Source of the DNA: Promethearchaeota archaeon | GTDB lineage: Archaea > Asgardarchaeota > Lokiarchaeia > Sigyniarchaeales > SOKP01 | Assembly: GCA_016839585.1 (NCBI GenBank) | Contig: JAEOTZ010000058.1 | Span: 65,792-129,791, forward strand | Reading direction: 5' to 3' | DNA: 64,000 nt | Translations under genes and position numbers: made by a program | Shown: positions 1-9,447 of the stretch, in pieces | Layout: each line of letters begins with the position of its first letter | Numbering within the stretch: position 1 is the stretch's first letter | Notes under the pieces: model-generated | Seen by the model: only the letters and a program-made list of their open reading frames with translations | The model's database searches: none | Told to the model about the DNA's origin: nothing

Positions 1-308
1 AAATTTTTCTAGATAAGGATCAATTCAAAAATAGAACGGAGATATATTTAGGATATACCTATCTTATTGATAAAATTTTGAAGGCTGCAACGCAACGATT
101 TCTAGGGATTATAATTTATGAATCTACATCAAAAGATCATGATTTACATAGAGGTTTTAAATCCATGAATTTCTTAAAATTGGGAAACGACGTATTAATG
201 ATGAAAGTATTAAATGAAAATACTAAACAACCGAAATTTAAAAAACCAAGTTTTATTTCTCCAAGTGTCTCAATTGGTGTTCCTTAAATAGTTCTTGGAG
301 TTTAATGA

Positions 309-524
309 ATGATGAAATCATCTAAAAAACTTAAAGCTGAAATGGAAGAATTTATATATCAAATATGCGAGAAGGTGGGGGGGCCACGTCCACCTTGCAG
401 TAATTTACCTGAAAATGCAAATGAAGATGTGATTGAAGCAAATCTAGATAAAGGTTTACTGAAAATAAAAATTCCTAAGAAAGAGATAAAAAAGAAGGTA
501 AAGAAAGAAATAGAAATTAAATAA
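309..524 (+). pseudogene. Hsp20/alpha-crystallin-like C-terminal remnant (or truncated small ORF)
   Basis: The tail LPENANEDVIEANLDKGLLKIKIPKKE fits the sHSP beta8-beta9 consensus (LPe.vd.d.i.A...nGvL.i.lPK). The N-terminal half of the alpha-crystallin domain is absent, and the upstream ORF 78..287 is cut off by in-frame stops. Confidence 0.35.
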
Positions 525-662
525 TTTATAAAAGGTTCACATAAATCGTAACAAATATTAAAAATCTTAATAAATAATCTAAAAATGAAATTATTTACAT
601 TTTTTTAAAAATTAAATATTGAGAATATTTAAAAAAAAATTTAAGTATAGAGGTGTGAAATA

Positions 663-1307
663 ATGGAAGAAGTTAAAAATGTTGAAAGATTAGCAAATGA
701 AAATTCAAGTATAGCTATGAGTGAAAAAGAAACAGCAAATGAAATGAAAGCTTTGGTAAAACAAGAATTAAGAAGAGCTAAAGCACGAGAAATGTTAGTT
801 AAAAATGAAATTGAACTAGTAAAAATACGAGAACGATTGGCTGAGAAATCTAAGAAATTAGTAGACAAAAAAGAAAAAGTGAAGGATATTTTGAAATTTT
901 CTGAAGGAAATTTAAAAGCTGAAAAAAACCAAGCGATTTACAATGAGAAAATTGCTGAAATTCAGACAAAGATTGCTGAAATTCAGCGGAAGGTTGCGAA
1001 TGTCGAAACTGAAGTTGCTGAAGTAAAAGTAAAACTTGTTAATAAGAAGCTTGATGAAGCTAAAGAAAGAGGTAATCTAGCAAAAAAGCAATTTGCTTAT
1101 GTAAAATTAGCAAATACTAATGCTCCTAGTGAGAAAATTTTTAGAACAGAGGAAGCATATCTTAGAATTCAGAAAGGTTTAACTAAATTTGAAATTGATG
1201 CGATGGATATTAATAAAAATATCACAGAAAAACAGAATAAATTAGCTGATCTTAAGATGGAACTCTCAAATAAATTAGCAGAAAGAGAAAAAATCAGGCC
1301 TGTATAA
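663..1307 (+). CDS. K/E-rich coiled-coil protein, function unknown
   Basis: A 214-aa all-helical heptad-like sequence (KIAEIQTKIAEIQRKVANVETEVAEVKVKL). An SD-like GAGGTG at 650-655 lies 7 nt before the ATG. Confidence 0.6.
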   Translation: MEEVKNVERLANENSSIAMSEKETANEMKALVKQELRRAKAREMLVKNEIELVKIRERLAEKSKKLVDKKEKVKDILKFSEGNLKAEKNQAIYNEKIAEIQTKIAEIQRKVANVETEVAEVKVKLVNKKLDEAKERGNLAKKQFAYVKLANTNAPSEKIFRTEEAYLRIQKGLTKFEIDAMDINKNITEKQNKLADLKMELSNKLAEREKIRPV

Positions 1308-1394
1308 ACGAGTTCCGAAATAACTAATTAAATTATCTTTTTTTTTATTATATATTAAATTTAGAATATGAATAGGTAAAATTTGATAAAAATT

Positions 1395-1472
1395 ATGTAT
1401 GATATTGTAATAATTTGCGCCGGACCGGGGGGATATCATGCTGCAATTCTTAAAAATAATCCGGAAGGGTAG
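1395..1472 (+). pseudogene. 25-codon remnant of an FAD/NAD(P)-binding (pyridine nucleotide-disulfide oxidoreductase-type) N-terminus
   Basis: It translates to MYDIVIICAGPGGYHAAILKNNPEG followed by a stop. This is the GxGxxG dinucleotide-binding N-terminus typical of dihydrolipoamide-dehydrogenase-like flavoproteins, ending after 25 aa. Confidence 0.4.
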
Positions 1473-1530
1473 GATTATTAATTAAATATTAATATATCTT
1501 ATTTATTTTAAAGTACATTTAGTAAGGTGA

Positions 1531-1773
1531 TATGTAATCACTGAAAAAGATACAAAAGCATTCAATATAATATTTGGTTGCGCTATAATTTTAATATCTT
1601 TAATAGTTTTGATATTTTCATCAGCAGCTTTATTAGCTATTATTTTATTATTATCTATTACGTTTATTATATTTGGGATGGGGATATTAACTGATTATTT
1701 TTTAGATAAAGAACTTAATAATTTTCAAGTTATTGCAAGATTCATTAAAGGATTAATCCCGAAGAAAACATAA
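1531..1773 (+). pseudogene. Start-less fragment paralogous to the N-terminal part of the DUF308/HdeD-like gene at 6229..6783
   Basis: The open frame ...TEKDTKAFNIIFGCAIILISLIVLIFSSAALLAIILLLSITFIIFGMG... aligns with TKKEKILTYSNIIFGAIIIILAVILIVYTTAAVLTLLFLLSIVIIIIGLV of 6229..6783. There is no ATG/GTG/TTG near its 5' end, and it is about 80 codons against 184. Confidence 0.4.
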
Positions 1774-1790
1774 TACAAGTTTAGCGATCT

Positions 1791-2699
1791 TTACATAATT
1801 TTATATTTATAAATTATATTATAGACATCCTTGGCAAATTTAGGTTGAAAGCCAAAAATTTTTTGTGGACTAAACGTTAATAATCGAAATTTGACTATTA
1901 TGCTTATATTATAATTTACTATATCAAATTGAGGTTTTATTCGAAAGATGTTCTTTTGATTGTATAAATCACATAGTTCAGCCACTTTATTAATGATTAC
2001 TCGAAATCCTTTATAAGGAAAAGCCATTCTAAAGGTATAGTTATATAACTTTGGATAGTACTTAGTCGAAAAGGATTCGTATGCTTTTTTTAAATTATCT
2101 TCAAATTCTTTTTTAGAATTCGAAATATCTTCATAAATGTCTTTAAAACCAATATCTTGGGGGGCTAAAATTTTGCTTTTGAAATCTTCAAAAGACTTCT
2201 TTTTACCAAGTTTAATTGTATAATTAACGATTTGTGAAGAAAGAACTTTACTATTAGATTTTTCAATTATAATATTATCAAATGTTTCTAATTTCGTTTT
2301 TGTTAAATTAATTTCACGCACAATTCCTTTATCACCTTCAATTTTAACCAAATCTTCAGCTTCAAAAGGTCTTAATAACATCAAAACAATCCCTGAAATA
2401 AAATTTGCGAATATACCGCTAGATGCAAATGCAATCGCAGTGCTAATTGCTCCAGTAAGTGCTGCTAAGTATGGTAGGTTTTCTTCTTTTGTCATTGAAG
2501 GAAACCCTTCAATGACAAAAAATACTATTATAAGTACTGTAACAATTTTTACAACAAAATTTAAGATAGTTTTTTGCTTTAAAGGTATTTTTTTACTTTT
2601 CCCTAATGTTGAAGAATACAACTTATTTATTAGATAGAAACCAGCCATAATAATTAAAAGATATATTAGTGCTTCTAAATCTGAACTAAATATTGCCAT
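1791..2699 (-). CDS. MscS-family mechanosensitive channel
   Basis: N-terminal TM helices are followed by the MscS pore/beta-domain signature ANFISGIVLMLLRPFEAEDLVKIEGDKGIVREINLTKTKLETFDN. Confidence 0.85.
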   Translation of the reverse strand: MAIFSSDLEALIYLLIIMAGFYLINKLYSSTLGKSKKIPLKQKTILNFVVKIVTVLIIVFFVIEGFPSMTKEENLPYLAALTGAISTAIAFASSGIFANFISGIVLMLLRPFEAEDLVKIEGDKGIVREINLTKTKLETFDNIIIEKSNSKVLSSQIVNYTIKLGKKKSFEDFKSKILAPQDIGFKDIYEDISNSKKEFEDNLKKAYESFSTKYYPKLYNYTFRMAFPYKGFRVIINKVAELCDLYNQKNIFRIKPQFDIVNYNISIIVKFRLLTFSPQKIFGFQPKFAKDVYNIIYKYKIM

Positions 2700-2701
2700 T
2701 T

Positions 2702-3637
2702 TTAATCAACCTCTAAGATATTTTTTGACTTATTTGTATCAGAAGAGTTCCATCCATAATTTATATCTGGTTCATAAATTTTAAATAGAAGATCTTTCAA
2801 TAGGGGATCCGTATAGGTTAAGATTAATTTTGGATTCTCTGTGATAATTTGTATGGTAATACTTAATCGATTTGTGATCCCACTGACTGTATTATTTGCA
2901 TAGAAATATGGTCTTGTTCCAAAAATGGGCTCATACTTATCAAATATGGGCACTAATAATTCTTCAAGATTCTCTGGATCTATTGTACCTAAAAGTTCAA
3001 CTACTTTAATATAACGTGTAATTTTTTTTTCTCCAGTTATTAGTTTACCGAATTTTTTTACTACTTCCGAAATGTCTATTTTCTTTTCTTTTTTAATAGG
3101 TTTGTGAGTAAAGCGAACTACTGATGAGTTAAAAGCGTTTTTGTTGGGAATATAAGTAATAGAGCCGTCAAAATCTACTAGTTTCAAACTATTTAATGTT
3201 ACTTCTTTAACAATACCTTCAATTCCATTTGTTTCAATCAAATCACCTGCTTCAAAACCTTCTGATGATAAGAGCAATATCCCTGATGCAATGTTATTAA
3301 TAATATTTTGAAATGTTAAAGATATTGCAACCACTAAAAATGATATAATTGCTACAAATAAAATCGGTGAAATAATGAAAATCAACCAAAATGGAAATAT
3401 TAACCATATTATGTTTATTATTATCATGGTTATATAACGAATGAGTAAATTTTTAATCAAACTATGAAATACATCATTTAATATTGATCTGACTACAAAA
3501 GCAGCCAAATTTAAAAGTATTAAATTCAATAATAATTGCTCAAAGCCAAAATAAAAATAAATCAATACAAAAATTCCTATAACTGACATCCATATGATTA
3601 TTTTATAAATTCTTTTCATACGAAAACATATCTCCAC
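2702..3637 (-). CDS. MscS-family mechanosensitive channel (tandem paralog)
   Basis: Carries IASGILLLSSEGFEAGDLIETNGIEGIVKEVTLNSLKLVDFDGSITYIPN and has a multi-TM N-terminus. It lies 2 nt upstream of the previous gene. Confidence 0.8.
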   Translation of the reverse strand: MEICFRMKRIYKIIIWMSVIGIFVLIYFYFGFEQLLLNLILLNLAAFVVRSILNDVFHSLIKNLLIRYITMIIINIIWLIFPFWLIFIISPILFVAIISFLVVAISLTFQNIINNIASGILLLSSEGFEAGDLIETNGIEGIVKEVTLNSLKLVDFDGSITYIPNKNAFNSSVVRFTHKPIKKEKKIDISEVVKKFGKLITGEKKITRYIKVVELLGTIDPENLEELLVPIFDKYEPIFGTRPYFYANNTVSGITNRLSITIQIITENPKLILTYTDPLLKDLLFKIYEPDINYGWNSSDTNKSKNILEVD

Positions 3638-3756
3638 AGTTTTTTTATATTGAGAATAAAGATTTTATATAAAAAGAATATAAGAAAACTTTTATTTTAA
3701 AAGTTGGTTTATTAAATTATTAGTTAATATTTACTCTATAGTTTAAGTGAGACAAT

Positions 3757-4848
3757 TTGAGAAGATTTTCTAGACCTTCAAGAAAAGCAATTTCTTCAAG
3801 TAAAAAGAAGAAAAAGGTTGGTCTTCCACCAGGAACTCTAATTTATACAGGAGATAAAGTAAAAGAAGAAACTAAAATTAAAATAACAGATTATACTGAA
3901 GATCAATTTAATTTTCAAGAATTTAAGGAAATTCAGATTGATCTTACTAAAATTGAAAAGCCATTAATTAAATGGATTGATATATATGGTCTTGCACAAG
4001 TAAAAGTTATTGAAGAGATTGGGCGTCAATTTAGGTTACATCCTCTTGTTTTAGAAGATATTTTGAGCCCAAATCAACGACCTAAATTGGAAGATTATGG
4101 GAGCTATATTTTTACGGTATTAAAAAAGTTAAGTTGGAATCAAGAACATGAGGATTTTGAATATGAACAAATTAGTTTAATCCTAGGAGAGAATTATGTA
4201 ATATCATTCCAAGAGAGAGATACTAACCTTTTTAATCCCATTTACGAAAGGATTCAAGTTCCTAAAGGAAAAGTTCGATATATGGGCGCAGATTATTTAT
4301 TTTATGTTTTAATTGATATTATAATTGATAATTATTTTATTGTATTAGAAAAGGTAGGCGAAGATATAGAAAATATTGAGGACATTTTGATTAAGAATCC
4401 TGAACCAGAAACTCTGCAACTTATTTATCGATTGAAAAGATCTTCGATTGATTTAAGAAAATCAATTTGGCCAATAAGAGAAATAATCAATAAATTGCAG
4501 CGTGAGCAATCAAATCTAATCAAAGATGAATTGCAAATCTATTTAAGAGATCTATATGATCACATTTTTAGGATCAGTGATCTTTTAGAAAATTATCGGG
4601 ATATCATTTTTGGGATGTTGGATATGTATTTATCAAGTGTTAGCAATAGGATGAATGATATTATGAAAGTTTTAACGATAATATCAACAATTTTCATACC
4701 ATTATCATTTTTAGCAGGTTTTTACGGTATGAACTTCCTTTATATGCCCGAAATATCACAACCAAGTGCATACCCAATCCTAATAACAATAATGGTTGTA
4801 ATAGTTCTTGTCATGGTGTATTTCTTTAAAAGAAAAAAATGGATATAA
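3757..4848 (+). CDS. corA: CorA-type Mg2+/Co2+ transporter
   Basis: Two C-terminal TM helices with the GMN motif (FYGMNFLYMPE), and a typical CorA cytoplasmic domain length. TTG start. Confidence 0.9.
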   Translation: MRRFSRPSRKAISSSKKKKKVGLPPGTLIYTGDKVKEETKIKITDYTEDQFNFQEFKEIQIDLTKIEKPLIKWIDIYGLAQVKVIEEIGRQFRLHPLVLEDILSPNQRPKLEDYGSYIFTVLKKLSWNQEHEDFEYEQISLILGENYVISFQERDTNLFNPIYERIQVPKGKVRYMGADYLFYVLIDIIIDNYFIVLEKVGEDIENIEDILIKNPEPETLQLIYRLKRSSIDLRKSIWPIREIINKLQREQSNLIKDELQIYLRDLYDHIFRISDLLENYRDIIFGMLDMYLSSVSNRMNDIMKVLTIISTIFIPLSFLAGFYGMNFLYMPEISQPSAYPILITIMVVIVLVMVYFFKRKKWI

Positions 4849-4870
4849 AAATCTGTAAAAAATTTTTCTA

Positions 4871-5686
4871 TCAATTAATTTTTTTATGTAAAAGAGGCGT
4901 CCTAATATCTATATTATTTTCCTTACAAGCATCCAATACAGCTTTATGTAAATCAGATTCAATTAGAGGTAAGTCTTTAATATCTTTTATGAAAACATAT
5001 AATCTATATTCAACTGCATAATTCTGGAAGCTATTTATCCAAACATATGGTTTAGGGTCTTTTAATATTTGATGTAATTTATCTACAGCCTTTAATAAAA
5101 CCTCTTCAACTTTATTCCTATCTTCTTCAAATCCAGGTGTTATAGTCACATGTCTTCTGATAATCTCTTTTTTTCCAAAGTCATTAATCTCTTGTGATAA
5201 CATCATTTGATTTGGAACAGAAATCTTAATATTATCAAGGTCAAGCAATGTTGTATATATTAATTTTATTTCAGTAATATCTGCAATTTTTCCGTCATAT
5301 AAGATTCTATCTCCCACAGTAAAAGGTCTACTTACCATTATAATAATACCTGCTATCATATTGCCTAAAGTATTCATAGCAGCAAAACCAATTATGGTGC
5401 CCCCTACAAGAGTAAATAATGCAGTTATAAAGCCTAAACTTTCTGCGAATTGTATGAGAATAGCTGTTAAAATGATAAAAATAATGAGATATTTAATGAC
5501 TTTAGTTATATTGTTTGCGGTATTTAATTCTAACTTCTCATGATCAACAAGGCTCAAAATTTGTCGTCTAAGAAAAAAATAAATAATATATCCTATTAGA
5601 ATAGCTAAGATGGAAACCACAATAGGCAAAAAATAAATGTTTAACCACTCCATAAATAGATCGAGAACATTTAATAAAATCAACAA
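4871..5686 (-). CDS. MscS-family mechanosensitive channel (third copy)
   Basis: Carries GNMIAGIIIMVSRPFTVGDRILYDGKIADITEIKLIYTTLLDLDNIKISVPN. It is convergent with corA. Confidence 0.85.
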   Translation of the reverse strand: MLILLNVLDLFMEWLNIYFLPIVVSILAILIGYIIYFFLRRQILSLVDHEKLELNTANNITKVIKYLIIFIILTAILIQFAESLGFITALFTLVGGTIIGFAAMNTLGNMIAGIIIMVSRPFTVGDRILYDGKIADITEIKLIYTTLLDLDNIKISVPNQMMLSQEINDFGKKEIIRRHVTITPGFEEDRNKVEEVLLKAVDKLHQILKDPKPYVWINSFQNYAVEYRLYVFIKDIKDLPLIESDLHKAVLDACKENNIDIRTPLLHKKIN

Positions 5687-6028
5687 ATCACCTGATTTTA
5701 TTTTTTTTTAAATATTTAGTAATATTAAATTTAATTATTATAAATTATTCAAATTATTTCGAAAGATCAGCTAATCAAATCCTACTTCTTATCCAATATT
5801 AATTTTTTTAATGACACTTGTAGCGTTTACTATATTAATTTTCTTTAGAGAAAAAAATGACTAACAAATTTCAAATCGTAATTTTTCTTAACAATATATG
5901 AAGCTTAAAGGTAAGTGGATTACAACCTACCAACTAGTTTAGAATATTATGATAACAATAAATATAAGTAGGTTAATTCTGTTAATTTTTATAGTTGAGA
6001 TTTAATTAATTTATCCTAATCTTTGAAG

Positions 6029-6173
6029 ATACCTTAGAAATGCCTTAAACAAACTTGAATATACTTTAAACTTGTTGAAAAATTTTATATAAAAATTATC
6101 AGATAAAGAATTTGATAAATATGTAAAGGAAATTTATGAAATTATTAGGGAAATTGTTATAAATGTTGGATGA
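6029..6173 (+). repeat. Decayed copy of the 3' half of the 8032..8310 gene (direct repeat, copy A)
   Basis: A ~145-nt stretch is colinear with 8166..8310, with about 14 mismatches by hand count. The copy-A frame is broken by TAA (…aat ttt ata taa…). Confidence 0.75.
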
Positions 6174-6228
6174 GTTAGATTAGATTACGTCATAATCTTT
6201 CATCGGTGAAAAATAAAAAAAAAAAGAT

Positions 6229-6783
6229 TTATTTCTTAATTCCAAGCAAACCTAAAATAAATCTTGCGATACCACTAAGTAATATAGAAACTGAAAGTAT
6301 AACTATAGCTTTTTTATTATTAATTTCCGGAGTAAAAAAGACGATAAGTGATAACACAATCATTACAATTCCTATTAAAGCTAAAAAAATTCGGTATCCT
6401 CTAAAATACTCTTTAGTTGTTGCTCCTATGTATATCCTTGCAAATCCAATCAATAGTAATAAAATGTTAAATAATAACACTAAAATAGCAATGGCAAATG
6501 CCGGTTCTTCTATTACATTAACCATTACAATAATTCCAAATATCAAAGCAATAATAGCTGTAAGAAATTTTGCTAGTTTTCCACTAGTATCCAATTTATC
6601 ATTAGAATAGGCATTAATCAACCTTACTAAACCAATAATAATTATTACGATTGAAAGGAGAAAAAGTAATGTTAAAACAGCAGCAGTTGTGTATACGATA
6701 AGAATAACAGCTAAAATTATAATTATCGCTCCAAATATAATATTAGAATAAGTTAAAATTTTCTCTTTTTTAGTTTCATCCAT
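6229..6783 (-). CDS. DUF308/HdeD-like polytopic membrane protein
   Basis: 184 aa with six hydrophobic segments in a repeated GxxxIxxG-type pattern. The family assignment is from memory only. Confidence 0.5.
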   Translation of the reverse strand: MDETKKEKILTYSNIIFGAIIIILAVILIVYTTAAVLTLLFLLSIVIIIIGLVRLINAYSNDKLDTSGKLAKFLTAIIALIFGIIVMVNVIEEPAFAIAILVLLFNILLLLIGFARIYIGATTKEYFRGYRIFLALIGIVMIVLSLIVFFTPEINNKKAIVILSVSILLSGIARFILGLLGIKK

Positions 6784-6976
6784 TTTGATTCACTTTTTTT
6801 TGTTATGGATTTATTATTCAATTTATAATAAAAGATAAAATAATTTATAAAATTCTAGCTAAAAAGACCCATCCTCTCTTTATAGATAAATTTAATAAGC
6901 AATTGAAAGAATTTTTTTCTGAACAAATAAATTAATTTAAAGAAAAAATATTTATATAATTATCAAACTTCATTTT

Positions 6977-7228
6977 TTGGTGAATTCTTTGCTTTTTCAA
7001 ACTTCAGGTCAATTTTTATTATTAATAATCATGTTATTGGGACTCACTTTAATAACATTGATAATATTTATAATAAATTTAATTAATGAATTAAAAGAAT
7101 CCTCGCTCGATCAAATATCATTAATTATGTTAACAGGATCATTGTTAATAATCTTTATACCGTTAAATTATTACTTAATTCGGTCTTTTTTAGAAGATTT
7201 TAAATTGGGATTTTTTGTATTAGTTTAA
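6977..7228 (+). CDS. Small membrane protein, unknown function
   Basis: 83 aa with two or three hydrophobic helices. TTG start, so the start site is uncertain. Confidence 0.4.
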   Translation: MVNSLLFQTSGQFLLLIIMLLGLTLITLIIFIINLINELKESSLDQISLIMLTGSLLIIFIPLNYYLIRSFLEDFKLGFFVLV

Positions 7229-7410
7229 TTTTTCATAGCAATAAAATAAAAAATTAGAATTTTAAAAAAAATTAAAAAGGCAGTTACAAAAGAAAAAGAT
7301 CTACCGGTGCAAATAGATAATATAATGAAATAATAACTTTCTTAACTTACTATTTTCTTATTTAATTATTCATATTAAAATTCTATATAGGACTAATTAA
7401 AAAAAAATAA

Positions 7411-7902
7411 GTGATTTATATTCCTTTCATCTCAGATTTAATGAAAAACGCTAGAGAAAGAAATATTGAAGCAGGGATCGTTCTCTTTGCTTTATGTAGC
7501 CTTATTATTTATATACCAACCAGTTTTTTTATTGTTCGACTTATTCTTTTTGCTGATCTTCAACTTTTGATTGGAGCAATCATCGGATTAAGATTTACTT
7601 TGAAAAATCAGGAACCAGAGACGGATACTCTAAAAACTGGTGTTATAACAGGAATTAGTGGCGGTGTTTTATCTGCAGTATTTATAGCTTTTTATGAATG
7701 GATTATATTATCTATTTTAGAGGGACAAGCTAACATACTTGCTCTTATTTGGTTTATTTTGTACATTCTTATATCAGGATTAGTTATTGGCTTAATAATG
7801 GGAGCATTAATGAGTACCTTCTCTATGTATAAAGAAGTAAAAAAACCAGATGAAGATAAACATATTGATGAAGATTTCTTTAAAGATTTGATGGAAGATT
7901 GA
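7411..7902 (+). CDS. Membrane protein with acidic C-terminal tail, unknown function
   Basis: Four predicted TM segments. The ATG at 7441 (MKNARERN...) may be the real start rather than the GTG at 7411. Confidence 0.55.
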   Translation: MIYIPFISDLMKNARERNIEAGIVLFALCSLIIYIPTSFFIVRLILFADLQLLIGAIIGLRFTLKNQEPETDTLKTGVITGISGGVLSAVFIAFYEWIILSILEGQANILALIWFILYILISGLVIGLIMGALMSTFSMYKEVKKPDEDKHIDEDFFKDLMED

Positions 7903-8031
7903 TTTCTTAGCAGAATTTAAGAATATTCTTTTTCACACTTTCTTATTTTTTAAATCAATAATTGGACTCTTTAAGAGATTAATATCTCATTACTTTTTAT
8001 AACTTAAAAATAAACAAAGTGTTTATAAGAA

Positions 8032-8310
8032 ATGAGTAAAGTAATAAAATGGAAATATGCTGATTTTTTTCAATCAAGAAGAGAAAAATTAATTAATCTG
8101 CTTTTTAGCGAGATAATTTTTCTAAAATCTCATATAAACAAATCTAAAATTTTAAATGAGCAACAATACCTTAGAAATGCCTTAAACAAACTTGAATATA
8201 CTTTAAACTTTTTGAAAAATTTTGAAAAAGATTTATCAGATAAAGAATTTGATAAATTTGTTAAGATAATTTATGAAATTATTAAGGAAATTGTTATAAA
8301 TATCGAATGA
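8032..8310 (+). CDS. Small helical protein, unknown function (source of the 6029..6173 repeat)
   Basis: An intact 92-aa ORF. Its 3' 145 nt is duplicated 2.1 kb upstream. Confidence 0.5.
   Translation: MSKVIKWKYADFFQSRREKLINLLFSEIIFLKSHINKSKILNEQQYLRNALNKLEYTLNFLKNFEKDLSDKEFDKFVKIIYEIIKEIVINIE
8166..8310 (+). repeat. Direct repeat, copy B (intact, inside CDS 8032..8310)
   Basis: See 6029..6173. Confidence 0.75.
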
Positions 8311-8359
8311 AAAGGTAAAAATATTTTTAAATAAAAATAAAAAAAATAAATTAACACTA

Positions 8360-9304
8360 TTACATTTTAACCATATCGCCTAAAAGGGCATATAAATTTT
8401 CTCTTTTGGGTGCTCCTTTCATTAATTCTCTAATTCTATCAGCTAACAATTGTGGTGTGAATGGCTTATGATCATTTTTGATTTGATTAACAGTATGCCA
8501 TCCTTGGAATAGCATAACACGATCACCTACGACTCTAAATACTTCTCCATTGATTTTTCTAGCATTGTCTGATGCTAAGAATACAACCATTGGTGCCACA
8601 TTAGCAGGATTGAAAACATCAAGCCCTGTTTCATCAAGTTTACTCATTATATCAATCATTTGCGGAGTAGCATCTGTGGTTAAACGAGTTCTTGCCAAAG
8701 GAACGATACAATTAACAGTAGCATATTTTTTTAATTCAGCTGCAGCGTTCATAGTAAAAGAAGCAATACCTGCTTTGGCAGCACCATAATTGGTTTGCCC
8801 CAGATTTCCAGTTAAACCAGCATCAGATGCAGTATTAATAACTCTTCCAAAGTTTCCCAAACTTTCATTTGCCTTTACTTGCTCTCTAAAGTAAGCTGCA
8901 GCGTGTCGTGTCATGTTGAAAGTACCTTTTAAATGTACACCAATTACATCATCAAATTCAGCTTCTGTCATATTAAAAAGCATTCTATCCCGTAAAATAC
9001 CAGCGTTATTTACAAGAATATCTAACTTCCCAAATTCTGATATTGCTTGATCGATCATTGCCTTTGCTTTATTAAAATCAGTAACAGAATCATAATTAGC
9101 AACAGCTTTGACTCCTAATTTTTGCACTTCAACCACAACTTCATCTGCGATCTTAGTTTCTTGGCCACTTCCATCAAAAGCAGCTCCTAAGTCGTTGATA
9201 ACTAAATTACATCCTTCTTTTGCCATAGCTAAGGCTTCTTCATGCCCTAAACCACGTCCAGCGCCAGTAATTATGGTAACCTTATCTTTTAACATATTTC
9301 CCAT
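8360..9304 (-). CDS. SDR-family oxidoreductase, MFE-2-type (3R)-hydroxyacyl-CoA dehydrogenase-like
   Basis: Carries TGAGRGLGHEEALAMAKEGCNLVINDLG, NNAGILRD and YGAAKAG (the Y-x3-K catalytic pair). The pattern resembles the dehydrogenase domain of multifunctional enzyme type 2. Confidence 0.8.
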   Translation of the reverse strand: MGNMLKDKVTIITGAGRGLGHEEALAMAKEGCNLVINDLGAAFDGSGQETKIADEVVVEVQKLGVKAVANYDSVTDFNKAKAMIDQAISEFGKLDILVNNAGILRDRMLFNMTEAEFDDVIGVHLKGTFNMTRHAAAYFREQVKANESLGNFGRVINTASDAGLTGNLGQTNYGAAKAGIASFTMNAAAELKKYATVNCIVPLARTRLTTDATPQMIDIMSKLDETGLDVFNPANVAPMVVFLASDNARKINGEVFRVVGDRVMLFQGWHTVNQIKNDHKPFTPQLLADRIRELMKGAPKRENLYALLGDMVKM

Positions 9305-9447
9305 TTTTAATACTCACTTTTAACTTTTCTAATCATTTTTAAATTTAACTTATATTGAATAATTAAGAACGATTTTTAAACTTAAAAAATTTTTATAATT
9401 TGATTTGATAATAATTCTTCTTTTCTAATTTACATAGTGACGGGATT

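Noticed and set aside
78-287. 69-aa ORF as an independent gene
   Set aside because: It has no motifs, and it sits directly upstream of the sHSP-like fragment in what looks like a decayed locus. I treat it as part of the remnant rather than as a CDS.
663-1307. Calling the coiled-coil protein a PspA/IM30/ESCRT-III-like membrane-remodelling protein
   Set aside because: The size and helical character fit, and the neighbours are membrane-stress genes. However, I could not see the N-terminal amphipathic helix or any specific motif, so it stays 'function unknown'.
6029-8310. Interpreting the repeat-flanked 2.1-kb block as a mobile element
   Set aside because: There is no recombinase or transposase and there are no terminal inverted repeats. 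One repeat is simply the 3' end of a resident gene. Segmental duplication or decay is the more economical explanation, and it is reported as such.
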